Positions 36,315-44,340 of a DNA stretch of 64,000 bases are shown piece by piece (the stretch's first letter is position 1; every line of letters begins with the position of its first letter). The stretch spans positions 6,495 to 70,494 of IMG/VR virus record IMGVR_UViG_3300037067_003630; one strand, given 5' to 3'. Origin of the DNA: a virus (taxonomy: Duplodnaviria; Caudoviricetes). The notes beneath the pieces are model-generated. The model did not search any database. It was not told where the DNA came from and worked only from the letters and a program-made list of their open reading frames with translations. The position numbers were made by a program, and so were the translations under genes.

Positions 36315-36542
36315 TTGTTAGTAATTTGTTAGTAACGGAAACGATTTGCCATAGCTTACCGATACTTACTTATTGCCCATCTATTTTAATTAGATATTAA
36401 AAAGCCGCTCAATCCTTACAGACAAGCGGTTTTTCCTTGGTGAGCCATTGCGGATTCGAACCGCAGACACCTTGATTAAAAGTCAAGTGACGGATGGCTA
36501 TTTTAATGGAGTCAAAGGGTGCTTTGTTAGTTTTTTGTTAGT
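36315..36542. repeat. Integrase arm-type sites: TTGTTAGT tandem pairs flanking attP
   Basis: TTGTTAGT at 36315 and 36326, and at 36524 and 36535; 11-bp period on each side of the core. Confidence 0.65.
36438..36489 (-). other. attP core: 3' part of tRNA-Lys(UUU)
   Basis: Minus strand CACTTGA-CTTTTAA-TCAAG-GTGTC-TGCGG-TTCGAAT-CCGCA-ATGGCTC-ACCA. No D arm or 5' acceptor strand upstream; 138 bp after int. Confidence 0.88.
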
Positions 36543-36939
36543 TTTTGTGATTTGATAAGTCCTCTTGCACATCCCAGAAGACTATACAGGTTTTTAAGGG
36601 TCAATTTCCCCGTTATATTGTTAATTTCACTTAATGCTTTATCATAAGTAAATTCTTGGGATTCCGATTTTGGGTTACTCGTTAAGTTCGCCATTTATCA
36701 TTCTCCCTTTACTATTTATTCCCGCCGCCATCCGTACAAGCCATATTATATACTTTATGTCTACCTATTTCAACAAAATCGTTCGACAAACTGTGCGTTA
36801 TTTTGCATTATTTTGTCGGAATTTGCCGAATTAGAACGGCATGGGTACAAAATAGGACGATGGGACTAGAAGGCGGGTATGGGGGTATTGCATAGTGAAA
36901 AATTATGTTATATGATGGTAGCAAAATGGAGGTGTTTGC

Positions 36940-37518
36940 ATGATATGTCCAAGATGTAACAATACTATCCCGAATAATTCTGCGTTTTGTAATATGTGTG
37001 GGTTACAGTTTACCCCAGTTATAAAACAAAAGAAAAAGAATTCTGCTGCTGGTTGCCTTGTATTATTCGCGGCCATAGTTTTTATAATTGTTATAATTAA
37101 CGCTGTAAACGGAGGTGACAAAGAAGACATAGCAGTAAACGATACCACGGTTGTCAAATCAACTGCAAACCTATCAGCAACACCAGGGCCAACACTATCC
37201 CCTGAAGAAATTGAACAAAAATTACATGATGAATGGGTAATTTCACAATTCAGGTTATGGGATGGCTCCCATTCGAGGTTAGTTAAATTTGTTAAGGAAA
37301 ATATGAATGATCCGAAAAGCTTTGAGCATGTTGAAACAACATATCTTGTAATAAGCACTCAGGAACAATTGGATTTAATAGGTAAGGGCAAGATTGGCGA
37401 TTTATATGTTCATATGAAATTTAGAGGTGCAAATGCATTTGGAGGAACTATTTTATCAGAGGTTGAGGCGATTGTTGAATATGAAAATAACACATTGACA
37501 GTATTGAATGATTTTTAA
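36940..37518 (+). CDS. Zinc-ribbon plus membrane-anchored exported protein (moron-like)
   Basis: CPRCNNTIPNNSAFCNMCG, TM helix, C-terminal KFRGANAFGG. Confidence 0.7.
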   Translation: MICPRCNNTIPNNSAFCNMCGLQFTPVIKQKKKNSAAGCLVLFAAIVFIIVIINAVNGGDKEDIAVNDTTVVKSTANLSATPGPTLSPEEIEQKLHDEWVISQFRLWDGSHSRLVKFVKENMNDPKSFEHVETTYLVISTQEQLDLIGKGKIGDLYVHMKFRGANAFGGTILSEVEAIVEYENNTLTVLNDF

Positions 37519-37856
37519 GGGACAAAAATAAAAGCCCCGGTGTGGGGCGTGAAGGGTGATAGGCATCAAAAATAATAGGTGTCGCAATGCTCACAATCCT
37601 TATCTTTACAATGCTTGCATTCGTTTTCAGCCCAACAAGAGTTACATTCATCCTGCAAAGGGTTATCAAATTCATCAGTATCAGAATTAAAAGACATTCC
37701 GCATGTTTTGCATATTGTTATCATGGTATCACTCCTTTACTGGTTCAAAATCAGGACAACACCAATAATCATTTCCTTCTACCTTGCATTCTTCATTGTC
37801 ACAGATTATACACTTCCCATCAACTTTGTTTTTACACTTCATCCCCTCACTCCTTC

Positions 37857-38069
37857 CTAATCCGTAAACCCCTTGTAATGTACAACCATGCACAGATCAT
37901 TAGAGGTCTTATTCATGCGTTTAGACAGTTCCCTTCCTGTGTCAGGCCTCAGTCTTTCGCTGAATCTGCCGCCTTCTTGGGTAACATGGTAAATCATAAG
38001 CGTTTTGTCGTGTGACAGATAATAGTCGTTTTGTTTTAGTAGTTTTATTGCCTCTGCTTTGCTAATCAT
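37857..38069 (-). CDS. Hypothetical protein
   Basis: 70-aa ORF with SD. Confidence 0.5.
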   Translation of the reverse strand: MISKAEAIKLLKQNDYYLSHDKTLMIYHVTQEGGRFSERLRPDTGRELSKRMNKTSNDLCMVVHYKGFTD

Positions 38070-38308
38070 TATTCCTTTCCCCCTTCCAACTCTTTTACCC
38101 GTCTTTCCAATTCCCCAAGCCTTATGTCCTGTTCGACTAGTCGGCTAATATATGCCCCTTTTTTCTTATCCAATGATACAAGCTTATTAATTACAGCCTT
38201 GTTATGGATTGTTATAGTAAATATTTGCATGCGTCCACCTCCACTATAATTATATCACGCATCCTTAGAATAAGCAATACTTTATATCAGGATATTGCAT
38301 ATTTATCC

Positions 38309-38336
38309 TTGACATTCCCCCACAAAGTGATATACT
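38309..38336 (+). promoter_or_regulatory. Strong sigma-A promoter
   Basis: TTGACA-16 nt-TATACT with TG extended -10. Confidence 0.75.
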
Positions 38337-38364
38337 GTATATGTGTTTAGCAATTATGTTATCG

Positions 38365-38536
38365 GGTGGTAGTGGCGGAATAAAACGCACATTTATAGAA
38401 CGAGCCGAGCGGGTCTTGCTGGAAACTCATGAAACAGCGGAGTAGGCCGAATGGCTCCAATGAGTTAGAGGGAACATTATACTTTCTTAGTCTATAAATG
38501 AACAGCTTGCAGGATGAAATTTCCTGCCTACCACCT
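38365..38536 (+). ncRNA. tRNA-shaped RNA with a ~90-nt pseudoknot-capable insert in place of the anticodon loop
   Basis: GGTGGTAG/CTACCACC acceptor, GCG/CGC D-like arm, CATTTATAGA/TCTATAAATG helix, GCAGG/CCTGC T-like arm. The insert has GAGCC/GGCTC, GGTCT/AGGCC, GCTG/CAGC and AACTCAT/ATGAGTT. Confidence 0.65.
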
Positions 38537-38573
38537 AAAACTTACACCAACTGCCTACCCCTAAATATTCGGA

Positions 38574-38861
38574 ATGGGAAAGAGGGAGAAGGATATGGAT
38601 GAAATTAGTAGACTAAAACAATACCAGTCAAAAGGATTACCGGATTGCCCTCTTTGTGTGAACTGGTTTTTAGGATGTCTAAATGGACGTAACAGGTGGA
38701 CGGATAAATCCGTAAAGCCTGGATTTTGCTACACAGGGCAGAGTGGCAAGGAATATATTTCATGCGCAGATATACCGTCAGCCGAATTCCCTTTACGGAT
38801 GCATTGCAAGGCTTTTATTTGGGACCCCAATCCGGAAAGATTAGGTAGGGTAGTTCTTTAG
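38574..38861 (+). CDS. Cys-rich hypothetical protein
   Basis: ORF downstream of the tRNA-like RNA. Confidence 0.55.
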   Translation: MGKREKDMDEISRLKQYQSKGLPDCPLCVNWFLGCLNGRNRWTDKSVKPGFCYTGQSGKEYISCADIPSAEFPLRMHCKAFIWDPNPERLGRVVL

Positions 38862-38894
38862 TTTGCACAATAGCAGGAAAGGTGGAGGGAGGTA

Positions 38895-39101
38895 ATGGGG
38901 ATGTCAAGAAAGAAATATCCTACTGATCAAACGAAATGTATAGATGATATTATTTGTCCTCATTGTGGGCATAAATTTGAAGGCCAACGTGCTCTTAACT
39001 ACGATATGTGTTGTATGTTGAATGTATTTTGCCCTGAATGTAATAGAGAAATGGAAATAATGATCAGTGTTGAATATATGGCAACAGCCGTTGAAGATTA
39101 A
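38895..39101 (+). CDS. Zn-ribbon protein
   Basis: CPHCG ... CPEC. Confidence 0.6.
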   Translation: MGMSRKKYPTDQTKCIDDIICPHCGHKFEGQRALNYDMCCMLNVFCPECNREMEIMISVEYMATAVED

Positions 39102-39116
39102 AAGGGAGGTAAAATC

Positions 39117-39452
39117 ATGAAAATAAAATTTACCGGTACAGAAGACAATATATTAGAAATCATAAACGCCTTGCCGGGCAAAGCGAAAGCCATTAAAGCC
39201 TGCGGTAAGTCAATTACAATACCGACTAGCAAAGGTGCAAAACAGGTGTTTGTTGGCGATGTAGTGGTCGTTGAGGGTGAAAACGTGAGGGTGGAGGTAA
39301 CGGGGATGAAAAGTTTAAAAATTACTGAGGTAGATAAAAGATTTCATGTAGGACAGGATTGCCCTTTCTGCGATGGTAAACTGGTCGAGGTTGAAGGAAA
39401 GTTACAATGCTATCATGAGGATTGTTATTTTAATAAAGTAGAATGGAGGTAA
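39117..39452 (+). CDS. Hypothetical protein with C-terminal Zn ribbon
   Basis: GGGAGG SD; CPFCDG...CYHEDC. Confidence 0.6.
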   Translation: MKIKFTGTEDNILEIINALPGKAKAIKACGKSITIPTSKGAKQVFVGDVVVVEGENVRVEVTGMKSLKITEVDKRFHVGQDCPFCDGKLVEVEGKLQCYHEDCYFNKVEWR

Positions 39453-39641
39453 TAGGGATGAAAATTATTGAAAAAGAGTGTGTAACTTGTGATAAAAAAG
39501 AGACATGTACAACATGCAAAATTCCATATACAAAAGGTTGCGTAAATTTCATCAGTATGCGTGGGAGATCAATAAAAAGAATTGACCGAGCGCATGAAAG
39601 GAAGTAAGAGGGTAACAATTATGTAAACAGCAAAAAGTATA

Positions 39642-39884
39642 ATGTTAACGCAAAGGAGAAAAACACCCGAATTTGTCAACGCAATAGAGAAAGGAAGTGA
39701 TAAGGTGACAAAGGGTGAATTGGAAAATCTTTCAGAATTATCGCTTGATGATTTGCTGAACATATCAGAAATGCTTGATAAATATATGAAACTGTATAAC
39801 ATTATACAGGGAACAAAGAAAAATTTCACTGAGGATAGGCAAGTGATAAATAAATTCAATAGGTGTATAACGAAGGGTTTATAA
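39642..39884 (+). CDS. Hypothetical protein
   Basis: ORF in plus-strand cluster. Confidence 0.45.
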   Translation: MLTQRRKTPEFVNAIEKGSDKVTKGELENLSELSLDDLLNISEMLDKYMKLYNIIQGTKKNFTEDRQVINKFNRCITKGL

Positions 39885-39919
39885 AGGCTCCCACATAAGC
39901 AGGAAAGGAAGGTGAGAGG

Positions 39920-40123
39920 GTGACAAAAGGTGAATTGGTAAAGACGGCTGTAAAAATGCTCTATCAACTAGGAAGGGAAGAGGAGCAAGACGGATTTAAT
40001 GAGTTTCCGCAATTTTGCGAAGATTATTTAAGGGAATCAATACCAAAAATGACTAGCGTCCAATTGCATGAACTGATAAAAGAAATCAAAACCACTTCGG
40101 TAATTGGAATAAAATCCCCCTAA
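39920..40123 (+). CDS. Hypothetical protein
   Basis: ORF ending in the terminator. Confidence 0.5.
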   Translation: MTKGELVKTAVKMLYQLGREEEQDGFNEFPQFCEDYLRESIPKMTSVQLHELIKEIKTTSVIGIKSP

Positions 40124-40148
40124 TCCATGAGGACTAAGGGGATTTTTT
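40110..40148. terminator. Bidirectional intrinsic terminator
   Basis: AAAATCCCC...GGGGATTTTTT between convergent units. Confidence 0.75.
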
Positions 40149-40160
40149 GTTAATGTATTT

Positions 40161-40334
40161 TCATAACTCAGGCTTTTTATCCTTGTTGAAAAAGTATGTA
40201 AGTATCATGCCGCCGAACAGCACAATGTCCTTCGGCTCAATAGTACCTTTGATGGACAGGAAAATTATATCTGCCACTACTGCAAAGGTTACTATAGTTT
40301 TCACATCAATGAGTTTTGAAAAGCGTTCTTTCAT
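40161..40334 (-). CDS. Holin-like small membrane protein (not in ORF track)
   Basis: MKERFSKLIDVKTIVTFAVV...FGGMILTYFFNK; two TM segments; follows the endolysin. Confidence 0.65.
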   Translation of the reverse strand: MKERFSKLIDVKTIVTFAVVADIIFLSIKGTIEPKDIVLFGGMILTYFFNKDKKPEL

Positions 40335-40350
40335 ATCAATTTCTCTCCTT

Positions 40351-40902
40351 TCATATACAAATTCGCACTGGTAAAGTTTTACTTATCAGTGCTTGTACTT
40401 CGTTCATTTTTGCCTTTGTCAACTTACCTGCAATGCCGTCAGCCTCCAACCCAAACGCCTTCTGAAATTCCTTGACTGTCATTTCCAGCGGATTTTCCGG
40501 TCGTTTGCCTTTGAGTAAATCGGCTGTGGTAAGCCCCCCGGTCCATTGAAAATGAGGACGGTCTACAAAGGGTACAAGCTTTCCGTTCTTTCTGACCTTA
40601 AAATCTCCGCCCCAAGTTAAACCGAGCTTTTTGCCAATTGCTGCAGCTTTTTTGTAATCCACATTGTGCGGGAATGAACAGTCCCAAGCCAGGCCATAGT
40701 TGTGCATGGAATAGCCAGCTTTTGTGTAGCTCAATATCGCTCCCGGCTTTGTCCTGCCAATAGCGTATATATCGGTTTGCTCCTGCATGGTGCGCAGTGT
40801 GCTGGTGATAACAGGTTCCAGCCCTTTCGCCCTGCATTCTGCGGTAAACTTTTCCGCAAGGTACTTGACATACGGGTGCAGGTCGTTTAGATTTTTACTC
40901 AA
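40351..40902 (-). CDS. Endolysin, M15 (L-Ala-D-Glu peptidase-like) with C-terminal peptidoglycan-binding motif
   Basis: LRTMQEQ..IYAIGRT, SMHNYGLAWD, LTWGGDF, DRPHFQ and FQKAFGLEADGIAG motifs. Confidence 0.88.
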   Translation of the reverse strand: MSKNLNDLHPYVKYLAEKFTAECRAKGLEPVITSTLRTMQEQTDIYAIGRTKPGAILSYTKAGYSMHNYGLAWDCSFPHNVDYKKAAAIGKKLGLTWGGDFKVRKNGKLVPFVDRPHFQWTGGLTTADLLKGKRPENPLEMTVKEFQKAFGLEADGIAGKLTKAKMNEVQALISKTLPVRICI

Positions 40903-41152
40903 CTTGTTCTACCTCCTTCTTCTCTAAATCGTCTATCCGGTGATTTGCCACTTTCATTTTTTCGTCGAACACTTCGCACCGTTCCTCAAGCCTATACGTT
41001 CGCTCAATAAGGTTGTTGTGCCTGTTAACTTTGTTTTCCAATTGCTCAAGCCGATAGGCAATCAGCGCCGTACTTCTCCGTTGTGCGAAAAAGCTTCCCG
41101 ATAATGTGCCTGCAAAGGCAATTAACGCTACTATAATGCTGCCTATTTCCAT
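40895..41152 (-). CDS. Holin/XhlA-like lysis membrane protein
   Basis: N-terminal TM then LIAYRLEQLENKVNRHNNLIERTYRLE. Confidence 0.7.
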   Translation of the reverse strand: MEIGSIIVALIAFAGTLSGSFFAQRRSTALIAYRLEQLENKVNRHNNLIERTYRLEERCEVFDEKMKVANHRIDDLEKKEVEQVE

Positions 41153-41371
41153 CTTGCACCGCCCTTCTTTTTATGTAATAATATAAAGACCTTCCTTTGT
41201 CAGCACCGCCGACACTGGAAGGCAGTAAAAAGCCGGTTGGTGTTTGCGCACCTTCCGGCCTTTTGGGTTCTGCGGGTTATTTATTTATGTTTCACAGTTG
41301 CCTTGCATACAAGCCATTTTACACCGTGTATCGAAAGCCCTATTGCAACGCCTACCAAGAATGATTTCATA

Positions 41372-41734
41372 TCAATTCACCTCATTTTCCACAGCAAGGT
41401 ATGTGTGACCGGTCGGAAAGTATATCACTGCCTTATCGTCCAGCAACCCTTTATCCTGTAAAAACTGGACTATTGTTTCCGCGCTGTCACCGTCTTTGAT
41501 GGGACGGTAAACATTGATTGAAGTCTGTCCTAAAAGATTTTCGTGGTCGTTGATAGTGCAGTACATTGCTATACAGGTATTGATGCTGCGTATGCTTGTG
41601 GTATCGCTTGCTATTTTAATCTGGTCTTGTGCACCCTCCATTTTGGGTATAGTGATTAAACCGATGATACCGATGATTGAAACGACGCAAACGAGCTCTA
41701 AAATTGTAAATCCTTTCTTGCTTTTCTTTAACAT
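41372..41734 (-). CDS. Type IV pilin-like protein (prepilin N-terminal cleavage/methylation motif), copy 3
   Basis: MLKKSKKG^FTILELVCVVSIIGIIGLITIP: basic leader, G/F cleavage site, E5, hydrophobic helix. Confidence 0.88.
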   Translation of the reverse strand: MLKKSKKGFTILELVCVVSIIGIIGLITIPKMEGAQDQIKIASDTTSIRSINTCIAMYCTINDHENLLGQTSINVYRPIKDGDSAETIVQFLQDKGLLDDKAVIYFPTGHTYLAVENEVN

Positions 41735-41767
41735 ATAACTTCCTCCTAAATAATATTTGATGCTGTA

Positions 41768-41828
41768 AGTATAACACTAAATGTAACATAAAGTCAATAT
41801 TGATTTGTGTTATATTTTGTGATATACT
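41768..41828. promoter_or_regulatory. Back-to-back sigma-A promoters (pilin 3 leftward, RHH gene rightward)
   Basis: Minus: TTGACT-18-TATACT (41797-41768). Plus: TTGATT-17-TATACT (41800-41828). TATAACA/TGTAACA/TGTTATA repeats overlap both. Confidence 0.6.
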
Positions 41829-41853
41829 ATTATCAAAGGAGGTGATATAAAAT

Positions 41854-42045
41854 ATGTTTACTATGGATGATAAATTTATTGTTAAACCTAACACAACCGA
41901 ATCAACCACTCTCACTATCCGCATTGATAAAGATGTTATTGCAAGGTTTGACGATTTGGCAATCAAGTCAGGCCATTCCCGTAATTCGCTCATTAACATG
42001 GCACTTCATTATGCCTTGGAAAATCTTAAGTTTGAGGGCAAGTAA
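41854..42045 (+). CDS. Ribbon-helix-helix (CopG-like) regulator
   Basis: TTLTIRIDKDVIARFDDLAIKSGHSRNSLINMALHYAL. Confidence 0.8.
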   Translation: MFTMDDKFIVKPNTTESTTLTIRIDKDVIARFDDLAIKSGHSRNSLINMALHYALENLKFEGK

Positions 42046-42077
42046 ACAATTTAAAGCACACAGGAGGCGATTATATT

Positions 42078-42401
42078 TTGTGTATCGTTTACCGTCACTT
42101 AAACAACCAAGGTGAAGTTATTTATGTTGGTCAAACTAATAGCTTGTATACGAGGCAAGAAGGCCACAAAAATGGTCTTTCTCATATATCAGAGGAACAT
42201 CGAAATAGTATTGCAAAAATTGAGCAGTTTGAAACAACCTCGCAGGCTGATTCCGATTTATTAGAAATTTACTATATCAACAAATATCAGCCGAAATACA
42301 ATAAATCTTGGAAACATGAAAAACCTATGTCTCTTACGATAACCCATCCATTCATATGGGAAGAATATATTCCAAGAATCAAAAGACACAAAAATCATTA
42401 A
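42078..42401 (+). CDS. GIY-YIG nuclease
   Basis: IVYRHLNNQGEVIYVGQT...R...LEIYYINKYQPKYN. Confidence 0.8.
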   Translation: MCIVYRHLNNQGEVIYVGQTNSLYTRQEGHKNGLSHISEEHRNSIAKIEQFETTSQADSDLLEIYYINKYQPKYNKSWKHEKPMSLTITHPFIWEEYIPRIKRHKNH

Positions 42402-42431
42402 CTGAATACATTGCAAAGAAAAGAGCGCCGA

Positions 42432-42722
42432 TTAAAGCGCTCTTACCATTTCTATTATCCACCAGCTGTGACTTAACACAATAATCCCTTCCCCAATCAG
42501 CGCCATCCGCAAGAGCCGTTTGTACCTGTCTTTCTTGCGGAATATCAGCCAGAAGGGTATCAGTATAACCGCCATCATAACCAGTCTCGCCAACAGACTC
42601 CACCCGAATGGCAAGTTGAATAGCCACGCCATAAGCGAGTTAGCTTCATAAGCATACTGTGCGGTTACTGATATATAGGTTAGTACAAAGTCTGTAAGCA
42701 TGAGGATAATTAATACTGGCAT
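42432..42722 (-). CDS. DUF5658-like small integral membrane protein
   Basis: LTDFVLTYISV...YEANSLMAWLF; three hydrophobic segments; directly downstream of the long pilin. Confidence 0.6.
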   Translation of the reverse strand: MPVLIILMLTDFVLTYISVTAQYAYEANSLMAWLFNLPFGWSLLARLVMMAVILIPFWLIFRKKDRYKRLLRMALIGEGIIVLSHSWWIIEMVRAL

Positions 42723-42731
42723 GTTGCCTCC

Positions 42732-43754
42732 TTAATTAGCAACTATTGTTACTGCGCCATATGGTGCAATATATCCACCATACCAAGGCGTTCCGGTATT
42801 TTGTGCTGGAATAGTAATGGTATATGTCCATGTATTGGAATCTTTTGTTAAGGTAAATATTGCTGTTTTGCTAGCACTGGTATCTCTCGATGTTATATGT
42901 ATTTGGCTATTACCAGGACCACCTATATGAATATCCCCACTGACAACTGCAAATGTATATGTATCGTCCGGCCTGTTTATCTTTGGCAATAAATCTGTTG
43001 CAGTTTCTCCATAGGTGGTGCTAAAACTCAACGAAGGTGCCGGTAATGCTATTGCTGGAAATACTGCAGTAACTACTCCTGAATTAATGGGATTTGTTGC
43101 AGTCGCTCCGGATACAGTAAAGGAATTCGCGGTTACACCTGCAAATGTAAAACCAGATTTTACAGTAAGGGTAATAGTTGCTGTATAGGTTTTGCCTGCG
43201 ATAAAATGGCTATCAGCAGGTGCCCAAGATACACTACCGGTATATTGTGCAGTCTCTGGGATGGATGTTACCGGTGTTGCATCAGCTACAGGCGGGATTA
43301 CGCCAGAGATTGCGAGTAAGGTTACTACGCCGCTCGGCGTTGATGTAGATTGTTCTTGTACTGTTACGTCACCATTTGTACCAACATCAATATCATAATG
43401 GCTGGCAGGAACTTGTAAATCCCGGCCATTCAACGATACCAAGGGGTCAATTGCAGCCTCTATTTCAGGCTCTGTATATGTGTGTCCATCCCCATTTGTC
43501 CATCCGGTAGGTGTTAAATTGCCATTCTCATCCAGCACAAGTGCCGCAGGATTGATTGGAGCTTTTAAATCACCTGAGGCAATCGCCATTTCAAGTGACC
43601 TAGCTACAACATGAGCCGCTTCCTTATCAGCCGCCCTTCTCGCTGCATCAGTAAAACCGCCTAATCTTGGAACTGCAATTATCGCAAGTATGCCAAGTAT
43701 TGCTATAACAACTATCAATTCTATAAGGGTAAAGCCTTTTTTATTCTTAAACAT
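42732..43754 (-). CDS. Type IV pilin with C-terminal Ig-like/adhesin-like extension, copy 2
   Basis: MFKNKKG^FTLIELIVVIAILGILAIIAVP followed by a Thr/Ser-rich beta domain (GVIPPVADATPVTSIPETAQYTGSVSW...). Confidence 0.9.
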   Translation of the reverse strand: MFKNKKGFTLIELIVVIAILGILAIIAVPRLGGFTDAARRAADKEAAHVVARSLEMAIASGDLKAPINPAALVLDENGNLTPTGWTNGDGHTYTEPEIEAAIDPLVSLNGRDLQVPASHYDIDVGTNGDVTVQEQSTSTPSGVVTLLAISGVIPPVADATPVTSIPETAQYTGSVSWAPADSHFIAGKTYTATITLTVKSGFTFAGVTANSFTVSGATATNPINSGVVTAVFPAIALPAPSLSFSTTYGETATDLLPKINRPDDTYTFAVVSGDIHIGGPGNSQIHITSRDTSASKTAIFTLTKDSNTWTYTITIPAQNTGTPWYGGYIAPYGAVTIVAN

Positions 43755-43768
43755 TTCGATATTCCTCC

Positions 43769-44188
43769 TTACTTTTTAATTTGGTAATCGTATGCCGGGC
43801 CAATTGGATTAGTTGATGTCAATGTTACAGTTACTTCGCCATTAGGCGCGATAACAATGTTTCCATCAACTATTGCTGCTCCACCGTATTTTGCAGAAGT
43901 CAAATCCAAATCCCTGTCAAGTATCAAATTTTCTGCTTTCAATGCGGTTATCAAGCCAGTTGTGCTTGTATCAAAAGTAAATGTTGAATCTGTCTGATGT
44001 TCTGCTACATATATAGCCGTTGCATTCGCAGTCACCGCAGCCGCTTCCTTATCTGTTGCTATTTTTGCATTCTCGCTAAACCCGCCTAAACGCGGCACTG
44101 CTATAATAGCCAGTATCCCCAAAATTGCGATAACCACGATGAGTTCTATCAGCGTGAACCCTTTCCTACCTCTTAACCTCTTAAACAT
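43769..44188 (-). CDS. Type IV pilin (major-pilin size), copy 1
   Basis: MFKRLRGRKG^FTLIELIVVIAILGILAIIAVP; GGAGG SD; 139 aa. Confidence 0.9.
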   Translation of the reverse strand: MFKRLRGRKGFTLIELIVVIAILGILAIIAVPRLGGFSENAKIATDKEAAAVTANATAIYVAEHQTDSTFTFDTSTTGLITALKAENLILDRDLDLTSAKYGGAAIVDGNIVIAPNGEVTVTLTSTNPIGPAYDYQIKK

Positions 44189-44234
44189 GGTACATCCTCC
44201 TAAAATTATTGTCAGGTTTTTCCCCTGCATATAG

Positions 44235-44243
44235 GTTATACCA
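44235..44243 (-). promoter_or_regulatory. Extended -10 promoter for the pilin operon
   Basis: Minus strand TGGTATAAC with AT-rich upstream tract, ~50 nt before the pilin 1 start. Confidence 0.5.
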
Positions 44244-44340
44244 TGCAAAATTATTCTTAGACACTTTTAAAAAAATATTTTTATTTTGTACGGCAATCTG
44301 CTATAATGTGATTGCGAACATACAAATTTTACTTTTCTTT

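Noticed and set aside
36438-36489. Complete tRNA-Lys gene
   Set aside because: Only the anticodon arm to CCA is present; upstream sequence has no D arm or 5' acceptor strand. Interpreted as the att core.
38365-38536. tmRNA or group I intron-containing tRNA
   Set aside because: No G3:U70 alanine determinant, no CCA and no convincing tag frame; the insert (~90 nt) is too short and lacks recognisable P7 elements. Kept as an unknown tRNA-like RNA.
41225-41270. AAAAGCCGG...GGTGTTTGCGCACC...CCGGCCTTTT hairpin as a riboswitch
   Set aside because: No recognisable aptamer; most simply a terminator or attenuator hairpin upstream of the lysis genes.
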